Shown here: piece by piece, positions 1 through 8,700 of the stretch | Layout: each line of letters opens with the position of its first letter | Numbering within the stretch: position 1 is the first letter of the stretch | DNA from: Chiloscyllium plagiosum | Lineage: Eukaryota | Direction: 5' to 3' | DNA: 38,440 nucleotides | Assembly (NCBI RefSeq): GCF_004010195.1 | Contig: NC_057719.1 | Span: 11,666,737 to 11,705,176, forward strand | Translations under genes and position numbers: made by a program | Notes under the pieces: generated by a model | The model's input: only the letters and a program-made list of their open reading frames with translations | Told to the model about the DNA's origin: nothing | Databases searched by the model: none

Positions 1-252
1 AAGGGGACATAAATTTAAGGTGAAGGGTGGAAGATATGGGGGGATGTCAGGTGTAGGTTCTTTACCCAGAGAGTGGTGGGGGCATGGAATGCGCTGCCTG
101 TGGGAGTGGCAGAGTCCAGGTCATTGGTGACCTTTAAGCAGCAATTGGATAGGTACATGGTTAGGTGCTTAAGCTAGGACAAATGTTCGGCACAACATCA
201 TGGGCGGAAGGGCCTGTTCTGTGCTGTATTGTTCTATGTTCTATGTTCTATG
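1..252 (+). mobile_element. CR1-clade LINE 3' end (ORF2 C-terminus, 3' UTR, microsatellite tail)
   Basis: Translates to RGHKFKVKGG...RFFTQRVVGAWNALP...TFKQQLDRYM, the typical CR1 ORF2 C-terminus. Ends in a (TTCTATG)n tail at ~231-252. Confidence 0.9.
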
Positions 253-490
253 ACTGTGTGGAGTTTGCATGTTCTCCCCATGTCTGCGTGAGTTTCCTCC
301 GGGTGCTCCTGTTTCCTCCCACAGTCCAAAGATGTGTGGGTCAGGTGAATTGGCCATGCTAAATTGTCCATATTGTTAAGTGCATTAGTCAGAGGGAAAT
401 CAGTCTGGGTGGGTTACTCTTCGGAGGGTCAGTGTGGACTGATTAGGCCGAAGGGCCTGTTTCCACACGGTAGGGAATCTAATCTAATCT
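253..490 (+). mobile_element. V-SINE (HE1-like), 5'-truncated
   Basis: V-domain core TGTGTGGAGTTTGCATGTTCTCCCC...GTTTCCTCCCACAGTCCAAAGATGTG and an (AATCT)n tail. Matches the full-length copy at 2485-2806. Confidence 0.85.
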
Positions 491-600
491 GTGGGCAATT
501 TACCATGGCTAATCCACCTATCCTGCACATCTTTTCCAGAGGAAACCAGAGTACCCAGAGGAAATCCACACAGACGCAGGGAGAATGTGCAAACTCCATA
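491..600 (-). mobile_element. V-SINE fragment, inverted relative to the adjacent copy
   Basis: Reverse complement of the V-domain (GGGAGAATGTGCAAACTCCA, GGGCAATTTACCATGG). Confidence 0.8.
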
Positions 601-2072
601 TGGTTACTTAATAGCAATTACAGAAACATGGCTCAGGGATGGACAGGACTGGCAGCTTAATGTTCCAGGATACAACTGCTACAGGAAGGATAGAAAGGGA
701 GGCAAGAGAGGAGAGGGAGTGGCGTTTTTGATAAGGGATAGCATTACAGCTGTGCTGAGGGAGGATATTTCTGGAAATACATCCAGGGAAGTTATTTGGG
801 TGGAACTGAGAAATAAGAAAGGGATGATCACCTTATTGGGATTGTATTATAGATGTCCTAATAGTCAGAGGGAAATTGAGAAACAAATTTGTAAGGAGAT
901 CTCAGCTATCTGTAAGAATAATAGGTGGTTATGGTAGGGAATTTTAACTTTCCAAGCAAAGACTGGGACTGCCATAGTGTTAAGGATTTAAATTAGATTA
1001 CTTACGGGACTGCCATAGTGTTAAGGATTTAAATTAGATTACTTACAATGTAGAAACAGGCCCTTCGGCCCTACAAGTACACACCGACCCTCCGAAGAGC
1101 AACACACCCAGCCCCATTCCCCTACATTTACACCTTCACCTAACACTATGGGCAATTTAGCATGGCCAATTCAGAGGAATTTGTTAAGCGTGTACAAGAA
1201 AATGTATTGATTCAATATATGGATGTACCTATGTACAAGAAAATGTATTGATTCAATATATGGATGTACCTACAGAGAAGGTGCAAAACTTGACCTACTC
1301 TTGGAAAATAAGGCAGGGCAGGTGACTGAGGTGTCAGTGAGGGAGCATTTTGGGGCCAGCGACCATAATTCTATTAGTTTTAAAATAGTGATGGAAAAGG
1401 ACAGACCAGATCTCAAAGATGAAGTTCTAAATTGGAGTAAGACCAATTTTGACGGTATTAGGCAAGAACTTTCAAAAGCTGATTGGGCTCAGATGTTCGC
1501 AGGTAAGGGACGGCTGGAAAATGGGAAGCCTTCAGAAATGAGATAACAAGAGTCCAGAGAAAGTATATACCTCTACGGTTGAAAGGAAAGGCTGGTAGGT
1601 ATGGGGAATGCTGGATGACTAAAAAAATTGAGGTTTTGGTTAAGTAAAAGAAGGAAGCATATGTAAGGTATAGGCAGGATAGATCGAGTGAATCCTTAGA
1701 AGAGTATAAAGGCAGTAGGAGTATACTTAAGAGCGAAATCAGGAGGGCAAAAAGGGGACATGAGATAGCTTTGGCAAATAGAGTTAAGGAGAATCCAAAG
1801 GGTTTTTACAAATACATTAAGGACGAAAAGCTAACTAGGGAGAGAATAGAGAGCTTAAAAGGTCAGCAAGGCAGTCTTTGTGTGGAGCTGCAAGAGATGG
1901 GGGAGATACTAACTGAGTATTTTGTATCAGTATTTACCGTGAAAAGGACATGGAAGACATAAAATTCGGAACATAAATGGTGACATCTTGAAAAATGTCC
2001 ATATTACAGAGAAGGAAGTGCGGGATGTCTTGAAACCATAAAATTGGATAAATCACCAAGTCCTGATCATGT
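601..2072 (+). mobile_element. CR1 LINE ORF2 remnant (APE endonuclease and linker), with frameshifts and stops
   Basis: Motifs IAITETWL, YRKDR..GGKRGEGVAFLI, LGLYYR.PN, LDLLL, SDHN and KENPKGFYKYI. Near-identical to 37450-37858. Interrupted by a SINE fragment. Confidence 0.92.
1033..1173 (-). mobile_element. V-SINE 3' fragment inserted in the CR1 endonuclease region
   Basis: Reverse complement of the SINE 3' half (AGATTACTTACA..GAAACAGGCCCTTCGGCCC..GGGCAATTTAGCATGGCCAATTCA). The LINE sequence resumes at AGAGGAATTT. Confidence 0.85.
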
Positions 2073-2076
2073 CAGG

Positions 2077-2960
2077 GAGTCATAGAGATGTACAGCATGG
2101 AAACAGACCCTTTGGTCCAACCTGTCCATGTCGACCAGATATCCCAACGCAATCTAGCCCATATCCCTTCAAACCCTTCCTATTCATATACCCATCCAAA
2201 TGCCTCTTAAATGTTGCAATTGTACCAGCCTCCACCACATCCTCTGGCAGCTCATTCCATACACGTACCACCCTCTGTGTGAAAACATTGCCCCTTAGGT
2301 CTCTTTTCTATCTTTCCTCTCTCACCCTAAACCTGTGCCCTCTAGTTCTGGACTCCCCGACCCAGGGAAAAGACTTTGTCCATTTATCCTATCAATGACC
2401 CTCATAATTGTGTAAACCTCTATAAGGTCACCCCTCAGCCTCTGACGCTCCAGGGAAAACTGCCCCAGCCTGTTCAACCTCTTTGGGGCGGCACGGTGGC
2501 ATAGTGGTTAGCACTGCTGCCTCACAGCGCCTGAGACCCGGGTTCAATTCCCGCCTCAGGCGATTGACTGTGTGGAGTTTGCACGTTCTCCCCGTGTCTG
2601 TGTGGGTTTCCTCCGGGTGCTCCGGTTTCCTCCCACAGTCCAAAGATGTGCAGGTCAGGTGAATTGGCCATGCTAAATTGCCCGTAGGAGTTAGGTAAGG
2701 GGTAAATGTAGGGGTAGGGGTGGGTTGCGCTTCGGCAGGTCGGTGTGGACTTGTTGGGCCGAAGGGCCTGTTTCCACACTGTAAGTAATCTAATCTAATC
2801 TAATCTCTCACTGTAGCTCAAATCCTCCAAACCTGGCAACATCCTTGCAAATCTTTTCTGAACCCTTTCAAGTTTCACAACATCTTTCTGATAGGAAGGA
2901 GACCAGAATTGCACGCAATATTCCAACAGTGGCCTAACCAATGTCCTGTACAGCCGCAAC
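2077..2960 (-). mobile_element. CR1 LINE 3' portion, split by a full-length V-SINE
   Basis: Minus-strand ORF VRVWNELPEDVVEAGTIATFKRHLDGYM and a CTCTATGACTC tail at the left end. The sequence continues after 2806. Confidence 0.9.
2485..2806 (+). mobile_element. Full-length tRNA-derived V-SINE (HE1-like)
   Basis: Pol III A box TGGCATAGTGG (2497-2507), B box GGTTCAATTCC (2541-2551), V-domain and (TAATC)4 tail (2786-2805). CpGs are retained, so the copy is probably young. Confidence 0.93.
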
Positions 2961-3126
2961 AATTGCAACATTTAAGAGGCATTTGGATGGGTATATGAAT
3001 AGGAAGGGTTTGAAGCGATATGGGCCAGGTGCTGGCAGGTGGGACTAGATTGGGTTGGGATATCTGGTTGGCATGGACGAGTTGGACCGAAGGGTCTGTT
3101 TCTGTGGTGTACATTTCTATGACTCT
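2961..3126 (+). mobile_element. CR1 LINE extreme 3' end
   Basis: ATTGCAACATTTAAGAGGCATTTGGATGGG...CTATGACTCT. Inverted copy of the 2077-2225 segment. Confidence 0.85.
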
Positions 3127-4221
3127 TAATGATGCAATTGAACCCAGGTCCCTTGTACTGTGAGGCAGCGGTGCTCACCACTGAGGCAATTAATGATATG
3201 CAGTAACTGTTGGGTTAGCCAGCATTGTCCACATCCCATGAATTAATATTTTAAGAATTAATGATGCCAATGAATGTCAAGGGGAGAACGTGGTTTAATT
3301 CTTCTTGTTGGAGATAGTCACTGTCTGGTTCTCAACACTTTCACGAATGCAAATTAAGAGTAAGCCATAAATTTCAGTCCAGTCAGTAACACCCATATAC
3401 CAAGAATGAATTTCCTGATAACGAAAAGTTGTGCAGTGGACAGCCTAGATTAAATCTTGCTTGATTAACTCTGGAGTGAGTATTAAATCAAAAGCAAGAT
3501 TAAGTGGTCAACAGCTAATCACGGATTACACCGTGAAGGAAGAATGTGTACCACCCAATTTTCACCAATCGTCATGCACTTATCAGGGTGTATGTGCAAT
3601 ATTTTTCCGGATACAAAATATTTTGCAAGAACTCTGTTATGTTCAGAGATAACAAAGAATTCCAGTTACCTCTGAACTCTGCTAATGGATTCCAAACTTC
3701 TAAAAGGAAATCCTTAAAAGTATTTGAAAAAATTACTGGAGACAATCTTGTAGACTTGCAAATATTCGAAATCCAGGAGATTGTAGTTTATGAATTGATC
3801 TGTCACATGACATTATTACATTGTTCAGTGAGGGAACAGTCTCAAGAAAAAAAATTGAAATAGAGATTTTATGCTATTTCAAAGCACACTGTTGCAAAGG
3901 AGGAAGAGACAATTAAGTATTTTACTGATAATGCAATTTTTGAATTTATAGTTGATTGGAGACGTTTAACCTGTTAATCTTACTCCAATTGGGGGCTACA
4001 CATCAACTTGATTTTCTGTGGATAAAATCAGGACTGTTATAGCAATTCGGACAAAGAGAAAATGAGAAAGTAAGGCGCTCAGAAACCAACAGGAAACGAC
4101 AGAGACTGAGAAGAGTGACTGTTTCAATATCCGGAACAAAATGTTTCCTATGTGCAAGAACGTGGCAAAACGGAGGATATCCCCCCTATTAAATCAAACA
4201 AGGAAATGCGAGGTAAAAACA

Positions 4222-4337
4222 ATAACTGCAGATGCTGGAAACCAGATTTTGGATTAGTGGTGCTGGAAGAGCACAGCAGTTCAGGCAGCATCCGAGGAGC
4301 AGGAAAATCGACTTTTCGGGCAAAAGCCCTTCATCAG
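4222..4337 (-). mobile_element. PLE terminal-repeat arm, family A, with hammerhead-like core
   Basis: Same sequence as the arms at 8363-8546, 20762-20978, 32421-32645 and 33640-33733. Confidence 0.75.
4310..4337 (-). ncRNA. Minimal type I hammerhead ribozyme-like motif (family A)
   Basis: Minus strand reads CTGATGA-A-GGGC-TTTT-GCCC-GAAA-AG-TC. Both conserved boxes, stem II and the UH triplet are present. The stem III palindrome (ACGT in sister copies) is mutated. Confidence 0.6.
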
Positions 4338-4344
4338 TGCTGGA

Positions 4345-4940
4345 CATTTGAAACAAACAAAACAGAAATTGCTGGGAAAACTTTAGCAGGTGTGTGAATA
4401 TCTGTGCAGAGAAAACAAGAGCAACGATTTTAACAGATGCAGCCAGACCAGCTGAGTTGCTCCAGCAATTTTTGTTTTTGTTTCATATTCCCCTTAAACG
4501 AGACATTTTCTGTTACCTTACCATAATATACGACAAAAGTTTGGAGATCTGAAGACAATGGAAGGAAAAATACTGCCCAGGAAGCTTTAAGTATTGAAGG
4601 AGCGTCACTGGTCCAGAAAGGTTAACTCCGTTTCTCTCTCCACAGAATGCTGCCAGATCTGATGAGTGTCTCTGACAATTTCTGTTTGAGTTTGACATTC
4701 GCCTCCGTCAAGGCTTGGATCAACTTTTTGAACGGGATACTTTCTGCGATCGTACCATAATAAACGGTAGAAGCTGGGGGATCTGAAGTAACACATGGAG
4801 AAAAGAAAGTGATATAAAACAAAGAACAGCGGATGCTAAAGATCTGAGATAAATTGCTGCAGAAACCCAGCAGGTTGGACAGCATCTATGCAGAGAGAGC
4901 AGAGTTAACTGTTCGACTCCGGTGACCCTCCTTCAGAACA
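4345..4940. mobile_element. Cluster of PLE terminal-repeat arms, family B (hairpin 4345-4490; arms ~4595-4700 + and ~4825-4940 -)
   Basis: Shared motifs GTTAACTC(T/C)GTTTCTCTCTCCACAGATGCTGCCAGA and AAACAGAAATTGCTGG in both orientations. The same motif terminates the GIY-YIG/RT element at 15148-16380. Confidence 0.7.
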
Positions 4941-5039
4941 AAAGAATAATGCCCGGCCATTTAAAACACTTGCCCCAGCGTTGTCTATTTGGCTGAAACT
5001 CAGTGACTGCTCAACCTGAGGCACACAGGGGTTACTCGA

Positions 5040-5200
5040 GTTCACAGGCAGGGGAGGGGAAGGGCGGGGCATTGGAACTGGTAGCCCCGCCCACTAGGCG
5101 TCACGATGGTGCGCTCACGTGACGGAAAGGCGGCCGGCAATTGGTGGAAGCCTGGAACGTGACGTGTTTCCGGTGTTTGTCGGTCGGTCAGTCAGTCAGT
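5040..5200 (+). promoter_or_regulatory. CpG-island promoter of SPTLC2
   Basis: Sharp rise in GC and CpG over ~5030-5700. GC boxes at 5062-5070 and 5084-5092, inverted CCAAT at 5071-5075 and 5140-5144, E-box TCACGTGAC at 5115-5123, CRE-like CGTCA 5099-5103 and TGACGTG 5160-5166, ETS-like TTTCCGG 5167-5173. No TATA box seen. Confidence 0.85.
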
Positions 5201-5492
5201 CCTTCGTTCCTTTGCGAGCTTTCCAGTTGTTGGGGGGTTGTGTGCGCGTTTCTACCGTGAAAGGCCGGGGGTGGGGAATAAAGGTCATCTTAAGGGGAAG
5301 TGCCCCCCACCCCCCCGAGGGGAGAGAAACAGATTAAAGCAACGGTCGAAGGGAAACGCACCTCAGAGGAGCAACGGAGCAGCAAGAAAGCGGACCGAGT
5401 AGGGGCAGCGATTGTAAGCGGACCGTGTAGGGTGAAGGGTGGGAGCCCGCGAACGCCGGAGGCAACCGGAGGGGGGGGGTGTGTTGGCGGCA

Positions 5493-5627
5493 ATGGAGAG
5501 CAAACTGGCGCCCAATGGAGACATCTACAGCACCGTCAACGGCTTCATGGAGAAGGCCCACTCTGAGGGCAAGGTGGCGGCGAGGAAGAACGGCTTCGTG
5601 AAACCCGCTTTCGCCCAGAACGGGAAG
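5493..5627 (+). CDS. SPTLC2: Serine palmitoyltransferase 2, coding exon 1 (45 codons, MESKLAPNGDIYSTVNGF...QNGK)
   Basis: First ATG downstream of the promoter motif cluster, in strong Kozak context (GCA-ATG-G). Ends at the consensus donor AAG|GTAAGG in phase 0, which joins in frame to exon 2. Its size (135 nt) is close to the first coding exon of human SPTLC2 as I recall it. The N-terminal sequence itself is divergent. Confidence 0.85.
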
Positions 5628-5879
5628 GTAAGGCACAGCCCTGGCGGAGGGGGCGGGGGTCTGCCCCAATAACCGGGGTGTAATGTGCGCAGGTGTAATT
5701 GAAGGTAGGAGGGAGATGCTCAAAGTTGGGCATATTGTGGAAAGGATATCATGGGGCTGAGGGTTCAGGTTTGGTACAAACTCGACACAGCCTTGGACTG
5801 TATGGAAATGTCAGATAAAAGTTTAGAAGGACATGGCTAAAGTTGACCTATTAAGTTTGTGTTATACAGGACCCCCATA

Positions 5880-7030
5880 AGATGGAGCAGATTGGTGGCT
5901 TCATCATTTGATTATTGCTGATGTGTTTTCACCCCTCTTCTGCCTTCTACCTGTAATTTTGATCCCTTTACTTATTAAGAACCTCTGTCTTAAATATAGT
6001 CCGTGACTTGGCCCCCGCAGCCCTCTGTGGCAATGATTTTCATGGATTAGCCACCCTCTTGCTGAAGAAAGTCTTCCTTATCAGTTGTAAAGCATCATTT
6101 GGCAGCATCTGTCAAGAGAAATCAGAGTTAACGTTTTGAGCCTGGTGACTCTTCCTCCGAACAGGACCTGAAACATTAACTCCATCTTCTCACAGATGCT
6201 GCCAGACTTCCTATGCTTTTCCAGCAGCTTCTGTTTCTGTTTTAGCATCTGCAGTCCTTTTGGTTTTTTTTTCTAGACCATTGTCCCTTCACTCTGAAGC
6301 TGTGCCGTCAGGTCCTAGTGTCTCCTGTTAGTGGAAACCTATTCTCCGTGCCCACTCTATCCAGGCCTCTAGTATTCTGTAAGTTTCAATGAGATGCCCC
6401 TCATCCTTCTAAATTCCATTGAGTACAGACCCAGAGTCCACAACAACGAGCAGCCGAGCTACAAATCTTCTCCCAAACTTTGAACACTCCTCATATGACA
6501 AGCTCTTCATTCCTGGAATCATTCTTTTAAACCTCTACTGAACCCCTCTGAGGCTAACACATCTCTCTTTAGATATGGGGCCCAAAACTGCTCTTAATAT
6601 TCCAAATGCAACCTGACTGAAGCCTTTTATAACCTCAGCAGTGCATCCTGCTCTTGTATTCTAGCCTTCTCAAAATAAATCCTAACGTTGCACTAGCTTG
6701 CCAACTGCACTTGCATGCTAACCTTGAGAATCCTAAACGAAGATTCTGAAGTCCCTTTTGATCTTTAGATGTACAAAGCTTTTTCCCATTTACAAAATAG
6801 TCTACACCTTTATTCTTCCTACCAAAGCACGTAACGTTACTTCTGCCAATTCTTAGCCTGTCCAAGTCCTTCTGCAGCTTCCCTGCTTCCTCAACACTAC
6901 CTGTCCTTCCACCTTTCTTTGCATCCTGTGCAAATGCCCCTAGTTCCTTCATCCAGACTGTTAATATGACATAGTAGTTTTGGTCCCAACACTGACTCCT
7001 GTGGAACTTCACTAGTCTGGAGCTGCCAAC
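5880..7030 (-). mobile_element. Decayed CR1 LINE 3' portion (RT C-terminal half to 3' UTR) with nested PLE fragments
   Basis: Minus-strand remnants of QGSVLGP, FADDTK-like AQDAKKGG, LQKDLDRL and LGFI.R.LEYKS. Confidence 0.85.
6100..6272. mobile_element. Palindromic PLE-derived insertion, family B, inside the CR1
   Basis: TGGCAGCATCTGT..GAGTTAACGTTT is followed by its inverse AAACATTAACTC..ACAGATGCTGCCA. Ends in AGCATCTGCAGTCC plus a T run. Confidence 0.7.
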
Positions 7031-7339
7031 CTAACTAAAGACTGGTTATCTTTGAAACCACTTTGTAAGTTTTGAGGTATTTTTGCGCAATAAAAAACTT
7101 AACTATAAGAAAACAAAGGTGTGCCATGCGAGAGAAAATTACATGACAGGGATGCCCATTATCAGGTATTTGTCATTGGTTTCCAGTTGATGTCAGAGCT
7201 GTCACTACAAATTTCATATGATGTTTAGTTCACCTGGGAGTTACCAAACAAAATTCTATTGCACTAGATGATATCTTTTCAAATAACTTAAATATGTAAG
7301 GACCACGTGGAAACATAAACAAGTTTGAGGTCACTCAAG

Positions 7340-7675
7340 TCATTTTGTTTATATCAGATGAAAGTGTTATCCGATTTGAATTCTGTTTCCAGTTCAGTCT
7401 GTAGCCCTTGAGGGCAACTTGATGTTTGTCCAGCTATTCTTTTAAAGTCAGTGAGGTTTCTGCCTCTACCATCCTTTTCAGACAGAGTTCCTGATCCCAC
7501 CACACTGAGTGAAAAATGATTCCTCAAATCATCCATCCTTCCACCAATTACTTTAAGTTTTTGTACCCTTATTATTAGTCTCTGCTAGCAGAAGTTGATA
7601 CTTCCTATTCAAGTTTGCTAGGCCCGTTGTGATCTTGTACCACTGAGGTCTTACCTCGAGCCCCTCCTTCCGAAA
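7340..7675 (-). mobile_element. Old CR1 3' fragment
   Basis: Minus strand resembles the DDLRNHFS..RVV..W CR1 C-terminal region. Heavily decayed. Confidence 0.6.
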
Positions 7676-7680
7676 GAAAT

Positions 7681-8340
7681 GTTTGGAGGTGCCAGTGTTG
7701 GACTAAGTGTACAAAGTTTAAGAATCTCACAACACCAGGTTATAGTCAAACAGGTTTATTTGGAAGCACTAGCTTCCGGAGCACTGCTCCTTTATCAGGT
7801 GATTGTCGAGTATAAGATCGTAACGAAAAAACTGAAATTATATATTGTAAAATACCTGAATTGTTTAAGTCTCTCATCTTTTAGCATGTCTGTGTTGAAT
7901 CCCAGAACCTTTTTTAAAATGACATTCTCAAGTGAACTTTAACAATAGGTGCCATGTCGTCTCATAATGCATTGACGGCGTGAGATCTCCTGTGTGAGGC
8001 TGTCTGTGCCCCAATGTTTAGACTGATTCTATTTCTAAAAAAAGGGGTTTACAGAATCTTACGTGGACTTATGCCATTTGAGTAAATAAAATGTAATTCT
8101 GTAAGTACAAATTCACCCCACAAACGTTGTTTGTGTTTTTGGGGGGTGGGGGGGAGCGGCGGGGAGGAGGGAGGTATGAGTGTCTGAGAGTGTACAGGGG
8201 TATAAGTCTGGGAGAGGTTGCATGCTGGTGTGTGTGTATGAGAGCGAGCTCATGTGAGAGTGTAGGGGACTGTAGGAGTGTGTATGTGTAGTGCAATGGG
8301 GTCACCTGAAGGTCCCGGTTAAAGCCAAGTTTTGAACGGT
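7681..8340 (-). mobile_element. PLE 3' region and terminal repeat, family C, with degenerate hammerhead core at 7767-7801
   Basis: Minus strand reads CAC-CTGATAA-A-GGAGC-AGT-GCTCC-GGAA-GC-TA-GTG, followed by AATAAACCTG. Contains a (GT/GA)-rich low-complexity UTR. Confidence 0.65.
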
Positions 8341-8362
8341 GAGGTGAGTCTCTCACTGGAGT

Positions 8363-8546
8363 CGAAGAGTGTGGTGTTGGCAAAGTAAAGTTGGTCAGGC
8401 AGCATCCAAGGAGCAGGAGGGTCGACGTTTCAGGCATAAGCCCCTCATCATTCCTGCTGCTCTGATTTTATCTGACTTGCTGTGCTTTTCCAGCGCCACA
8501 CTCTTTGACTCTGATCTCCAGTATCTGCAGGCCTCACTTTCTCTTA
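8363..8546 (+). mobile_element. Palindromic PLE-derived mini-element, family A, with probable 12-bp TSD
   Basis: Inverted arms. Flanked by TCTCACTGGAGT (8351-8362) and TCTTACTGGAGT (8547-8558). Confidence 0.75.
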
Positions 8547-8633
8547 TCTTACTGGAGTGACAGGAGAACTATTTGCATCGATGTGCATGTATTTGCCTAC
8601 TTTATTACCTAATCTTGCCTCATTGTTATGCGT

Positions 8634-8700
8634 TCTCTCTCTCTCTCTCTCTCACACACACACTCTCTCTCACTCACACACACACACACACACACACACG
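8634..8700. repeat. Compound (TC)n/(CA)n microsatellite
   Basis: Read directly from the sequence. Confidence 0.95.

Noticed and set aside
2485..2560. tRNA gene
   Set aside because: The A and B boxes run straight into the V-SINE core and tail, so this is a SINE head.
3546..3863. 105-aa ORF upstream of the promoter
   Set aside because: Non-ATG start, no recognisable domain and no convincing splice signals.
5119..5733. Overlapping ORFs across the CpG island
   Set aside because: Expected from stop-poor GC-rich DNA. Only 5493-5627 has Kozak context and a donor in phase with exon 2.
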